The notes under the pieces were generated by a model. It did no database searches. It saw only the letters and a list, made by a program, of their open reading frames with translations, and had not been told where the DNA came from. A stretch of DNA of 44,859 nucleotides from a virus. Taxonomy: Duplodnaviria > Caudoviricetes. Position 1 is the stretch's first letter. Every line of letters starts with the position of its first letter. Shown here piece by piece: positions 28,600 to 37,886 of this stretch. Position numbers and translations under genes: made by a program. Location: the IMG/VR virus record IMGVR_UViG_3300017747_003010, positions 1-44,859 of that record. One strand, written 5' to 3'.

Positions 28600-29232
28600 A
28601 TGAAACTAACACACATACTTAAACAACTCCTTGAGGAGCAAAAGAAAAAAGCAGATCGCTGTAAGCGTATTGCTGATCGTCGATATGATAAGCCATCTGC
28701 TTACAAATCAGGTGCTATTGTTAGATGTCGTCAAGGTAAAATCTGGAAAGATTTAAAAGAAGATAATAAACCCTCAAAAGAAATATATCAGCAAGCCTTA
28801 AAAGATATTAAACCATTAATACCTGTTTTATCACATAATCTTATTCATCAACAAGGTTTAGAACATAATGATAAAAATATGATTAAATTAAATCAAGAAA
28901 TATTTGATTTAGTTGAAAAAGGAGATGATGATACTCTTGATAAATTATGGGATTTAGCAGGAAATTCATTATTAAAAAATGCTATAAATATTATTACATT
29001 TTATCATAAATCTAATTTAACTGAAGATGAATCATTACATAAATGGTTTAAACGTAAAGGAGCACCTGGTAAAGAAGGTGGGTGGGTAGACTGTAATACA
29101 TGCCGTAATGGTAAATGTAAATCATGTGGTAGAAAAAAAGGTGAAAAACGAGCTAAATACCCTTCATGTCGCCCTACACCATCTCAATGTAAAACCAAAG
29201 GTAAAGGTAAAAAATGGGGGAAAACAAAATGA
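28600..29232 (+). CDS. Modular basic Cys-rich hypothetical protein
   Basis: Start moved to MKLTHILKQLLEE; PSAYKSGAIVRCR module; SLHKWF...WVDC...CGR...YPSCRP module. Confidence 0.65.
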   Translation: MKLTHILKQLLEEQKKKADRCKRIADRRYDKPSAYKSGAIVRCRQGKIWKDLKEDNKPSKEIYQQALKDIKPLIPVLSHNLIHQQGLEHNDKNMIKLNQEIFDLVEKGDDDTLDKLWDLAGNSLLKNAINIITFYHKSNLTEDESLHKWFKRKGAPGKEGGWVDCNTCRNGKCKSCGRKKGEKRAKYPSCRPTPSQCKTKGKGKKWGKTK

Positions 29233-29477
29233 TTAAATTAATAGACTTACTAGAAGGTAAACAAGAGGAAAAATACCCTCCTTACATGTACTCCCCAGTA
29301 GGGTTTGGCTGTCATGTCTGTGAGTATTATTATATGGAAGATAAAAAACATTACTGTAATAATAAAGAATACCAAAAATATAAAGGTACTAATGAATTAG
29401 TAGATGATAACGGTAACCAAATTAAAGATCCATCTAAATGGTGTTCTAATTGGTTTCATCCTAAAACTGAAGAATAA
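29229..29477 (+). CDS. Small Cys-rich (CxxC...C...C) protein
   Basis: Start at ATGA overlap, MIKLIDLLE; CHVCEYY...C...WCSNW. Confidence 0.65.
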   Translation: MIKLIDLLEGKQEEKYPPYMYSPVGFGCHVCEYYYMEDKKHYCNNKEYQKYKGTNELVDDNGNQIKDPSKWCSNWFHPKTEE

Positions 29478-29483
29478 TTGTCC

Positions 29484-29492
29484 ATATTTATA
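29484..29492 (+). promoter_or_regulatory. Late-promoter-like motif ATATTTATA
   Basis: 13 nt before ATG 29506. Confidence 0.5.
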
Positions 29493-29505
29493 ACAAATTA
29501 TTTTC

Positions 29506-32193
29506 ATGAAAAAAATTGCTATATTATTAGAATATATTAATGAAAACTATGATATCTTAGCAGAGGTATATGGTCAAAAGGTTATAGATACTATAAAGGC
29601 TGACTTTAAAAAACAAATGGAAGATAACCCTGGAGTCCCAGGATTTTCTGATCCAATCACTAAAAAACCATTTACTGATGCTCAATTAGATCAATTTATT
29701 AGTGCTTTTGATAAATTAAGAAGCAATTTACCTTCTCCTCAAAATGATATATACAATTATACAACATTAAAGGATGAATTTGAACTAGATGATTTCTTTT
29801 CACTTTTAGCTAATAAAGATAAAACAACTACAGAAAAAGAAAAAGAACTAGAGATACCAGATTTAATATACTCTAGTGAAGATGGTAATATAAAATTATT
29901 TAATGGTAATAGAGAAGATTTATGTACTCGATTTAAAGGAGAAGTTCCATGGTGTATAACTAAAGGAAGTTGGGCAGGATATAGATATAGCTCACGAAAT
30001 GGTTATCCAACATTCTATTTAGTTAAAAACTCTAACTTACCAGATGATAACGCGTTAAGTTTTGTAGCTATACAATCTAGAGCTAATGATAACTGGGTTT
30101 ATACTAATAGAAAAAACAGCCCATATGAGTCTCGTGTAATGACTTTTGATGAATTATTAAGAGAAGTTCCATGGTTATCTGAGATTCCTAATGTTAAATC
30201 TAAAATGCCTTGGGTTGATATTACAGATACTGAAAGAGAAGAACAAGAATATAAAAATACCCCAGTCTCATACTCTACTTGGAATTTATATTTTACACCA
30301 ACACAAAAACTAAGATATTTTAATATTAGAAGTACAGGTAATAATCCTGTAAAACTTTTTGATGATATGTCCCAAGAGAAATTTGTCTCTGACTATCTCC
30401 CAAAATTAGATAAAAATTTAAAGGAAAGTATCATTAGAAATCAACTAGTTGAAATGAAGTATCTAGTAGATAACTATGATAATCCTAATTTCACTGACTC
30501 AGATAAAAAATTAATATTAAGGTTTTACCTTCAAGAAGGTAGATTATCAATAAAACAAGCTGAAGAATTATTAGCTAAAACAACTGTTCCATTTGAACTA
30601 AAAAAAGATATAGTTAATAATGATAAGATAACTAAAAATGATGATCGAAGATTTTTTGTATCATCTAATGGAAATGACATTATTGAATTAATGTTTGAAA
30701 ACAGATTTCAAGATGTTGCTATTAGAGTATTTAAACTTAAACCTAATGGTACAACTGTTTCAAAAGTATTTGATAAGGTCTCATCAACAATAGCTTCTAA
30801 ATATTTATCTGTTTACCCTGATATAGACACACTTCCATTTAGTGTTATATTAAAATTAGTATCATCAGACGCAGCTACACCAGATTTAATTAAAAAAGTT
30901 ATTGATAAAGCTAAAACTGATGAAGAATCAGCTTTACTCGCTAAACAATTAGAAGATGGTTCAACTTTACTTATAGATACTAACGCCTTTACTGCTTATA
31001 AAATAGTAAATAATAAAGTAACATCATTACCATTTTCTAGTGAAGAAGTTCAAAATTCCTTAACTGACGCAGGAGAAAATGAAAAAATAACAAATAATAT
31101 ATTAAGTGTATTTACTAATGAAACGGGTAATATTCCTAGTAATATTTCTAAAGATGCTCTTTTAACTCTTGTTAACAGCATCCCACCTCAAAATAGAGTT
31201 GTTACATTATCAGGTACTCCGTATATTTTAAAACCAGCCGCAGATGATAATGATAATAAATTATTTACTCTTATTCCAACTCTTAAAGATGGAGTAACAG
31301 CTTTTAGAATATGGGTAAATAGAAATGATGAATATTGGAGACGAGCTAGTTATGATACTTCTATCCTTACACCTGAGTATTGTCAATTAATTTTTAATTA
31401 TCTTAGAAGTCAAAATATGACCTATACTAACAGAGATCTTATGGGAATATTTGGTAGTAATATAGGTAGAAGTCCACGTGGTTTTAGAGCTTTTATTGAT
31501 AATAACCCACCATTAGATAGTGCTAATACTTTAAGACCTATAATGTATGAAGATAGTCCATACTTACTTAACACTCAAAACCCAAGAGAAAGTTATAGAT
31601 TAGGAACTACTGGTAGAATACTTAATAAATCATTCTCACCTAGAGAGGTAGCAGCGATTACAGGACAACCAGCCCCAGCGGCTACTAGAAGAGGTAGACA
31701 ACCAGGAGCAGCCGCAGCAGCTACACCACCTGCAGCTGCTGGCCAAGTAAATGATGCTGTACGACAAGCAATTGATGCTGCAGGTTTAACCACTGGATTT
31801 AATGCTTTACCCACACCGCTTAAAAATAGAATATTATCAGGTACAGTAGTAGATAATGACAGTGGGGCAACAAGTCGTAATAGAGCATTAGGAGATAGAG
31901 GACGAGTTATGAGAATTATATCTGCTGGTCAAAGTAAAATGTATCTCATTCGATTATCAGCTAGTGGTACTATGATAGCTCAAGCCTCATTCCAACCTGA
32001 AGCAAGACACTTTATTATAACCTCTAATACTGCGTTTAATATGGGTAGAGTAGGTAACTTTATAGATGCATTAGATGCTCGTAACTTAAGAGAAAACGAA
32101 AAAAATATTTTAAAAAGAATAGCTCTAGGAGCAGCCACTAAAGAAGAGTTAGAAGAAATAAAATTAAAAAATATAAAAAATGAAGATCAATAA
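29506..32193 (+). CDS. Large hypothetical protein with PcfJ-like WCI motif
   Basis: 895 aa; PWCITKGS...Y...TFYLV; Ala/Pro linker before C-terminal module. Confidence 0.6.
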   Translation: MKKIAILLEYINENYDILAEVYGQKVIDTIKADFKKQMEDNPGVPGFSDPITKKPFTDAQLDQFISAFDKLRSNLPSPQNDIYNYTTLKDEFELDDFFSLLANKDKTTTEKEKELEIPDLIYSSEDGNIKLFNGNREDLCTRFKGEVPWCITKGSWAGYRYSSRNGYPTFYLVKNSNLPDDNALSFVAIQSRANDNWVYTNRKNSPYESRVMTFDELLREVPWLSEIPNVKSKMPWVDITDTEREEQEYKNTPVSYSTWNLYFTPTQKLRYFNIRSTGNNPVKLFDDMSQEKFVSDYLPKLDKNLKESIIRNQLVEMKYLVDNYDNPNFTDSDKKLILRFYLQEGRLSIKQAEELLAKTTVPFELKKDIVNNDKITKNDDRRFFVSSNGNDIIELMFENRFQDVAIRVFKLKPNGTTVSKVFDKVSSTIASKYLSVYPDIDTLPFSVILKLVSSDAATPDLIKKVIDKAKTDEESALLAKQLEDGSTLLIDTNAFTAYKIVNNKVTSLPFSSEEVQNSLTDAGENEKITNNILSVFTNETGNIPSNISKDALLTLVNSIPPQNRVVTLSGTPYILKPAADDNDNKLFTLIPTLKDGVTAFRIWVNRNDEYWRRASYDTSILTPEYCQLIFNYLRSQNMTYTNRDLMGIFGSNIGRSPRGFRAFIDNNPPLDSANTLRPIMYEDSPYLLNTQNPRESYRLGTTGRILNKSFSPREVAAITGQPAPAATRRGRQPGAAAAATPPAAAGQVNDAVRQAIDAAGLTTGFNALPTPLKNRILSGTVVDNDSGATSRNRALGDRGRVMRIISAGQSKMYLIRLSASGTMIAQASFQPEARHFIITSNTAFNMGRVGNFIDALDARNLRENEKNILKRIALGAATKEELEEIKLKNIKNEDQ

Positions 32194-32551
32194 ATTAAAA
32201 GAAATTATTCGTGAAGAGTTAGCTTCTATTAAAGAATTAGGATTTGATTATCCTGGTAAAACTAAATCATTAGATTTAGATCAAGAATCTGAAGATTACC
32301 GTCGTGGGTATACTGATGGTTTAAGAGATGGATATGATAGAGGATTTAAAGATGCTGAAACTGTAAGTGAATCTGAAACAAAAGAAGCGCCACCTAAAAC
32401 TACACCTAAAACAAAACCAGGTAACCCAGGTTTAACTCCAACACCCGGTAAAACTCCTAAAGAAAGACCAGCTAAAGCTAAAACAAATGAAGATAAAGCA
32501 GCTACTTTAGTAAAAGGAATCATGAATAAGTATAAAAAACTAAAGAAATGA
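32180..32551 (+). CDS. Hypothetical protein with KEIIREE leader and Pro/Lys/Thr-rich tail
   Basis: Y..GY.DG..DGY..GF repeat; PKTTPKTKPG. Confidence 0.65.
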   Translation: MKINKLKEIIREELASIKELGFDYPGKTKSLDLDQESEDYRRGYTDGLRDGYDRGFKDAETVSESETKEAPPKTTPKTKPGNPGLTPTPGKTPKERPAKAKTNEDKAATLVKGIMNKYKKLKK

Positions 32552-33912
32552 AAAAACTCCATGAAATGAAATATAGCGATATATTCAAAGACCCAGAAAC
32601 AATGTCTGGTGTTGAAAGAAGAAACGCTGAAACTAGAGCTAAATTACTAGGCAATGATTCTTTGATGAAGATAATGCAAAAATCTCAAGTATTGCTTAGT
32701 CAATTAATGTCAGCTGAAGCACCATATAAGACTCAGTTAGAAGAATTAGCTGTAGAAATGGTTAAAAAAATGTACCCAATTATTGATGAATATAATATCG
32801 AAATTGAGGCTACATTAGGTCAAGATCAATTACCTCCTCCTCCCCCTAAAGGAAAAGAAGAGGAAGAAGAAACACCTATGCCTTCTGAAGATCAACCTGA
32901 TCTTAAAAATGATGAAGTAGCTAAAAGACGTCTTATTAACGCTATTACTCAAGGAGCATCAATCTATGGTTCATTAGAAAAACCATTTGTGGATTTTTTA
33001 GATGATGTAGATGATAATCTATTACAAAGATATAGTGCTGTAGTTACAAATCTTGATGACTCAGTTTCTAAATATGGAGATACATTAAAGAAAGTATTTG
33101 GAATATTTTATGATAAAGAAGCTGTAGCGATGTTATTAGCTATGTTAGCTGGTAACCCAGAAGGTTCAGGTGGTAAAGGTGGAGAATCAGATGCTAGCTT
33201 TGATGATGAAGGTAATTTAAAAATCAGAGCAACAGGTTTAGTATTCCCATTTTTAGTCCATGAAATTATTAAAGGATTATATGAAATAGTTTCACTTCAA
33301 GGATTTACTAAAGATGTTTCTACTAACCAAGCCACAGTAGCGGCAGCAGATAAATTAGAACACGAACCAGAAGACTTTGGTACCGGTACTCATATATTAA
33401 GTGATTTAAGAGCATTATATAATAATGCTAATGTTCGTAATAAAATATCATTTGAATTATTTTTAGCTAATATATATCGAGAAGATGACGCTAAAGCATT
33501 TGTTGAATTTATTGAAAACTTACTAAACAATAGAATAACACCAGCACAAAAACGTTGGGCTGAAGATCATATGGAACCAACTCCTGATATTGAAGATGAA
33601 GATGATGATGATATAGATAATATCAACTTACCTGATTTTGGTTTAAATGAATCTAAACCATATAAAGATCTTGAAGTCACAGATGAATACATTATTCGTG
33701 AGTTTAATGAAAATATTGATCCAATTGAATTAAAATGGCACCGTGATAAAGAAGATCGTGTTGTTGAAATCATAGGTGAAACTGATTGGAAGATACAATT
33801 AGAAGATCAACTACCAACTTCTATAAATGAGTCAATATTTATACCAAAAGGACAATGGCATCGTGTTATTAAAGGTAATGGTACATTGACATTGAAGATA
33901 AACAAAAAATGA
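32548..33912 (+). CDS. Hypothetical protein with C-terminal cupin module
   Basis: KRRLINAITQG, FP.L.HEIIKG.YE core; after GLNE: WHRD.EDR...IFIPKGQWHRVIKG cupin motifs. Confidence 0.65.
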   Translation: MKKLHEMKYSDIFKDPETMSGVERRNAETRAKLLGNDSLMKIMQKSQVLLSQLMSAEAPYKTQLEELAVEMVKKMYPIIDEYNIEIEATLGQDQLPPPPPKGKEEEEETPMPSEDQPDLKNDEVAKRRLINAITQGASIYGSLEKPFVDFLDDVDDNLLQRYSAVVTNLDDSVSKYGDTLKKVFGIFYDKEAVAMLLAMLAGNPEGSGGKGGESDASFDDEGNLKIRATGLVFPFLVHEIIKGLYEIVSLQGFTKDVSTNQATVAAADKLEHEPEDFGTGTHILSDLRALYNNANVRNKISFELFLANIYREDDAKAFVEFIENLLNNRITPAQKRWAEDHMEPTPDIEDEDDDDIDNINLPDFGLNESKPYKDLEVTDEYIIREFNENIDPIELKWHRDKEDRVVEIIGETDWKIQLEDQLPTSINESIFIPKGQWHRVIKGNGTLTLKINKK

Positions 33913-34283
33913 AACGATCTCGTTTAATAGAAATAATTAGAGAAGAACTTCAACTTATCTTAAAAGAAGAGTCCACTCAATATAATATTGAGGGGCTACT
34001 TCTTACTAACACTGAAGAACGCCCTCAAAAAGATATACTATCTGATATTAGATCATTACCTGGTGTAACAATTGTATCAAGTAAGGATTATGATTTATCA
34101 GGCGAAACATCAGCATTTAGTAATCCTAACTATTATACAATAATTAAGATTAAAGTAGATCCACATCCATATCCTAATGGGTTCACAGATGAAGATCTAC
34201 AACAATTATTTACTGATATTAGAGCAATTAAAGGTGTTCGAAACTTTAAATTAAATAAATCTATAGAGAAAAAAACTGTTTAA
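33909..34283 (+). CDS. Small alpha/beta (ACT/ferredoxin-like) hypothetical protein
   Basis: DIRSLPGVTIV and DIRAIKGV internal duplication. Confidence 0.6.
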   Translation: MKRSRLIEIIREELQLILKEESTQYNIEGLLLTNTEERPQKDILSDIRSLPGVTIVSSKDYDLSGETSAFSNPNYYTIIKIKVDPHPYPNGFTDEDLQQLFTDIRAIKGVRNFKLNKSIEKKTV

Positions 34284-34293
34284 TAAAACACAT

Positions 34294-34302
34294 ATATTTA
34301 TA
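34294..34302 (+). promoter_or_regulatory. Late-promoter-like motif ATATTTATA
   Basis: 16 nt before ATG 34319. Confidence 0.5.
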
Positions 34303-34318
34303 ATAAAATACAACAAAA

Positions 34319-35140
34319 ATGAAATTAGAAAATTTACGTACTCTTATTCGTGAATCAATTAATGAGTATATTAAAGAAATAGATGAAGCTGGTACTAGAG
34401 CAATGTATGAAGCTAAAATGACAGCTTGTGATAAAGCCATAAATGAAAGAAAACAGAAAATTGAAATGGCTGAATCATTAGAAGAAATGCAAGGCATGTT
34501 TGATGAAACCAAAATGGGTGAATTAAAAAAAGAAATCAAAATGCTTGAAAAGCAAAAAGCCAAGTATGGTAAAATGCTTGAAAAAATGAACAAAGCTAAA
34601 AAATCTGCTCCTAAGGATGAAAAAGAAGTAACTACTGATGCTCCTATTGATGAAACAGATGTAATGGCTGAAATGGATGTAACTGAAGAAACAACCGAAG
34701 AAGCATTAAATGAGTCATTCTTAAAAATGCAAAAATTGGCTGGTGTGATTACTGAAGCTCAATATAATCAAAGAAAAAGTTTAATTGAGAACCAATTAAA
34801 TGAAGAAAAAAAATTTACTGAGATATTAGGGATGAATGGATATCATTTAATGATAACTGACAAAATGGAACAAGACATAAAAAATCAGTTAGGTTTAGGA
34901 GATGAAGATATTAAATTTGGATACAATGAAGAACAAGGTAATCGCTTCTATTGGTGGGCCACTATAAATATTAATCTTGAAGCTTTACCTGAAGACAAAA
35001 AATCTTCTTACAATGACATAATCATGAAAATTGTTAGACCAGGAAAAACAGATGAAAAAGCAACAGTTCCAACTAACTCTCCTAAAACTACAAAACCTAG
35101 TGGTTTCTTTAATAAATTAAAATCTTCGTTTTCTAAATAA
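34319..35140 (+). CDS. Coiled-coil/acidic putative head-internal (core/scaffold-like) protein
   Basis: Many [ILV]-x-E sites; internal ESFLKMQKLAGVITE motif. Confidence 0.6.
   Translation: MKLENLRTLIRESINEYIKEIDEAGTRAMYEAKMTACDKAINERKQKIEMAESLEEMQGMFDETKMGELKKEIKMLEKQKAKYGKMLEKMNKAKKSAPKDEKEVTTDAPIDETDVMAEMDVTEETTEEALNESFLKMQKLAGVITEAQYNQRKSLIENQLNEEKKFTEILGMNGYHLMITDKMEQDIKNQLGLGDEDIKFGYNEEQGNRFYWWATININLEALPEDKKSSYNDIIMKIVRPGKTDEKATVPTNSPKTTKPSGFFNKLKSSFSK
34717..34743 (+). repeat. 27-nt dispersed repeat encoding FLKMQKLAG (copy 1)
   Basis: ATTCTTAAAAATGCAAAAATTGGCTGG vs copy at 41265, 1 mismatch. Confidence 0.8.
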
Positions 35141-35146
35141 TTTATA

Positions 35147-35193
35147 GACAGATTCATAGCCTGTCGACTTAAACAAAACTAAATGGAGCTGTG
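35147..35193 (+). ncRNA. Candidate structured RNA (H-type pseudoknot)
   Basis: GACAG/CTGTC stem; loop CATAGC can pair with GCTGTG at 35188-35193; A-rich linker. Confidence 0.35.
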
Positions 35194-35220
35194 GCCCAAT
35201 CATTAGATTGGGCCTTCTCT
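35193..35220 (+). terminator. Intrinsic terminator-like hairpin
   Basis: GGCCCAATC-ATTA-GATTGGGCC perfect 9-bp stem followed by TTCTCT. Confidence 0.7.
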
Positions 35221-35228
35221 ATGCTTAG

Positions 35229-35259
35229 TTTGGCCTTAAAATAAAATTTATTATATTAA
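35229..35259 (+). promoter_or_regulatory. Host-sigma-type promoter
   Basis: TTTG-N19-TATATTAA upstream of ATG 35266. Confidence 0.6.
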
Positions 35260-35265
35260 TATTAT

Positions 35266-36573
35266 ATGAATAAGAAAATAGTAATTATAGGTGCGGGAGT
35301 AGCGGGTATAAACGCAGCTACTAAATTAGTCGATAACGGCTACCCAGGTGAATTGATCACCATTATAGACAAAGGAAATGATCCACACAATCGTTTACCT
35401 GAAGAAGTAATGACAGGTATGCTCGGATGTGGCGGATGGAGTGATGGCAAACTCACATACCATACAGCAATTGGAGGTGTACTATCAAAGTATTGTGGTG
35501 AAGAGAAAGCAATGGAATTGATGGATCAAGTTATCAGTAACTTTAGACGTTTCCATCCTAAACCAGAAGAAATATTTTGCTCTGACCCACAAGAAGAACC
35601 AGATTTTATTAAACCACATTTTGGATTACGTTTATTCCCAGTATGGCATATTGGTTCAAATTATCTACATGAAATTGCTAAAACATGGTATCAATATTTA
35701 GTTGATAAAGGTGTTAAATTTGAATGGAGAGCAGAAGTTAAAAATATAGATTTTAATAACAATGTAATTAAAATTATAAATGTAGTCCATACTGAACTAC
35801 AAGCAAGTATATCATATGATGAGCTTATCTTCGCAGTAGGTAAATCAGGTATTGATTTTGCTCAATCATTATCAAATGACTATAACTTACCAACAGAACC
35901 AAAATCAGTACAAATTGGAGTTCGTTTTGAAGCACCGCAAAAATACTTCCAAAAATTAATTGATATTAGTTATGATTTTAAACTATATCAAAAGTTTAAT
36001 AATGTATCATTACGTTCGTTTTGTACTAACAATAACGCAGCTTATGTAGCGGTAGAAGAAACATATGGTGATATTAGCTACAATGGTCATGCTAAAAAAG
36101 GAGAACAATATCGTAATGACATGACTAACTTTGGTATTCTAATGGAAATCAAAGGTATTGAAAATCCATTTGAATGGTCAAGAGATGTTGTATCCAAATT
36201 ACAAATGATGAATACAGGTTTATATTATTCTCCTAATATAAAAAATAGTGCTTCTAAAACATCTGAAGGAAACAAAGTTAATAGTTATCAAATAGTGACA
36301 GCAGAATTAAATAAAGTTAGAGAAATATTTGAAGGATATTTTGAACATATTGAAAACTTTATTGACAACATGAACGAAGTATTTGAATTTGGTGATGATT
36401 GGGGAATATATATACCTGAAGTAAAGTATTTAAGTCCTGAACCATTAGTAGACTATAAAAACTTAGCATTAATTGATTATCCTAATGTACATTTTGTAGG
36501 AGATGCTTTATCTGCTCGTGGAATTACAGTAAGTGGAGCGCAAGGAATATATGTAGCTGAGTCGCTTTTATAA
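35266..36573 (+). CDS. FAD-dependent oxidoreductase
   Basis: IVIIGAGVAG Rossmann motif, GGWSDGKL, HIGSN, AVGKSG, IGVRFE, RSFCTN, FVGD...GI. Confidence 0.9.
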   Translation: MNKKIVIIGAGVAGINAATKLVDNGYPGELITIIDKGNDPHNRLPEEVMTGMLGCGGWSDGKLTYHTAIGGVLSKYCGEEKAMELMDQVISNFRRFHPKPEEIFCSDPQEEPDFIKPHFGLRLFPVWHIGSNYLHEIAKTWYQYLVDKGVKFEWRAEVKNIDFNNNVIKIINVVHTELQASISYDELIFAVGKSGIDFAQSLSNDYNLPTEPKSVQIGVRFEAPQKYFQKLIDISYDFKLYQKFNNVSLRSFCTNNNAAYVAVEETYGDISYNGHAKKGEQYRNDMTNFGILMEIKGIENPFEWSRDVVSKLQMMNTGLYYSPNIKNSASKTSEGNKVNSYQIVTAELNKVREIFEGYFEHIENFIDNMNEVFEFGDDWGIYIPEVKYLSPEPLVDYKNLALIDYPNVHFVGDALSARGITVSGAQGIYVAESLL

Positions 36574-36597
36574 AGACTATACATAACATTTGACATG

Positions 36598-36634
36598 AAG
36601 GGTTTGGCTTTGCCGAACCCTTTTGTTATATTTA
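36598..36634 (+). terminator. Terminator hairpin fused with host-type promoter
   Basis: AAGGGTTTGGC-TTT-GCCGAACCCTT then TTGTT; the same bases give TTTG-N20-TATATTTA. Confidence 0.7.
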
Positions 36635-36653
36635 ACCATAATTACAAATACTT

Positions 36654-37847
36654 ATGGCGAATTTACAAGAAGACCTATCAAGAATAGGCAAGCAATTAAT
36701 GTTTAGTGAACCATTCTACGGTATATTCATGTCAACTCTTAATAAAGTTGTAAGAAAGGATTTACCTACTGCTGGAGTCTCCAAAAATAACATTAATTAT
36801 CAACTAGCTATTAATGAGGAATTTTGGAACTCATTAGATAATGATAAAAAGAAGATAGGTCTATTAAAACATGAACTGCTTCATATATGTTTTAACCACT
36901 TAGAAGATAGAGACTGGTATCCAAACCAAGAATTACATAATATAGCTGCTGATTTAGAAATTAACCAATATCTAACACCAGAGTATTATCCAATGGATGG
37001 TATTATATTATTATCGTCGTTTCCCGAATTAAATCTACCTGAAAAAGCTGGTACTAAAATATATTATGGGTTGTTACAACAAGCATTAGATAAAGGTACA
37101 AGCCCATCATTACAAGCATTAATGGATAGCTTAACAGGAATGGATGGTGGTTTACACCCAACATGGAAAGAATTTGATGGGATGAGTGAAGCTGATGCTA
37201 AATTAGCCAAAGCACAGATTGAACATCAAATTAAAGAAATTGTTAATTCACAAAATAATCAAGGTAGAGGATTTATACCTTCAGAATTACAAAGTTGGAT
37301 TGATAATATGTTTGAAGAAACAGAACCTTCATATGATTGGAAGTCATATTTTAGACGATTCTGTGGTACATCATCAAAAACATATACTAAAAAAACAAGA
37401 CGTAAGCTAAATAAACGTTTCCAAGAAAACCCAGCATTAAAAATCAAAACTAAAAAGAAAATATTAGTAGGAGTCGACACATCAGGTTCAGTTGGTGAAA
37501 AAGATTTAATTGAGTTCTTTAATGAAATTAATCACATGTATAAAACTGGTGTATCAATTACTATAGCTGAAGGTGATGCTGATATCCATAATGTATATGA
37601 ATATAAAGGCGATGTACCTGACAAAATAACAGGTAGAGGTGGTACTGATATGAATCCATTTATTACATATTTTAACGAGCATAGAGAGTTTAATAGCCTA
37701 ATCATATTAACTGATGGCTATATAGGTGAAAACACAGTTAAGACACTTAAACCAATGATGATGGTTATATGTTCAAATGGTGATGATGTAGAATCAGTAA
37801 AAGAAAATGGATGGGGTCATACAATCAAAATAAGTTTGGCTTCTTAA
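36654..37847 (+). CDS. VWA-like domain + N-terminal HExxH metallopeptidase (DUF2201-like)
   Basis: PTAGV, LLKHELLHI..H, N.A.D.EIN; DTSGS MIDAS, GRGGT, ILTDGY. Confidence 0.9.
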   Translation: MANLQEDLSRIGKQLMFSEPFYGIFMSTLNKVVRKDLPTAGVSKNNINYQLAINEEFWNSLDNDKKKIGLLKHELLHICFNHLEDRDWYPNQELHNIAADLEINQYLTPEYYPMDGIILLSSFPELNLPEKAGTKIYYGLLQQALDKGTSPSLQALMDSLTGMDGGLHPTWKEFDGMSEADAKLAKAQIEHQIKEIVNSQNNQGRGFIPSELQSWIDNMFEETEPSYDWKSYFRRFCGTSSKTYTKKTRRKLNKRFQENPALKIKTKKKILVGVDTSGSVGEKDLIEFFNEINHMYKTGVSITIAEGDADIHNVYEYKGDVPDKITGRGGTDMNPFITYFNEHREFNSLIILTDGYIGENTVKTLKPMMMVICSNGDDVESVKENGWGHTIKISLAS

Positions 37848-37866
37848 GATATAAATGTTATATTTA
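37835..37866 (+). promoter_or_regulatory. Host-sigma-type promoter
   Basis: TTTG-N20-TATATTTA upstream of ATG 37887. Confidence 0.7.
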
Positions 37867-37886
37867 ATTAAAATAAAATAAAGGTT

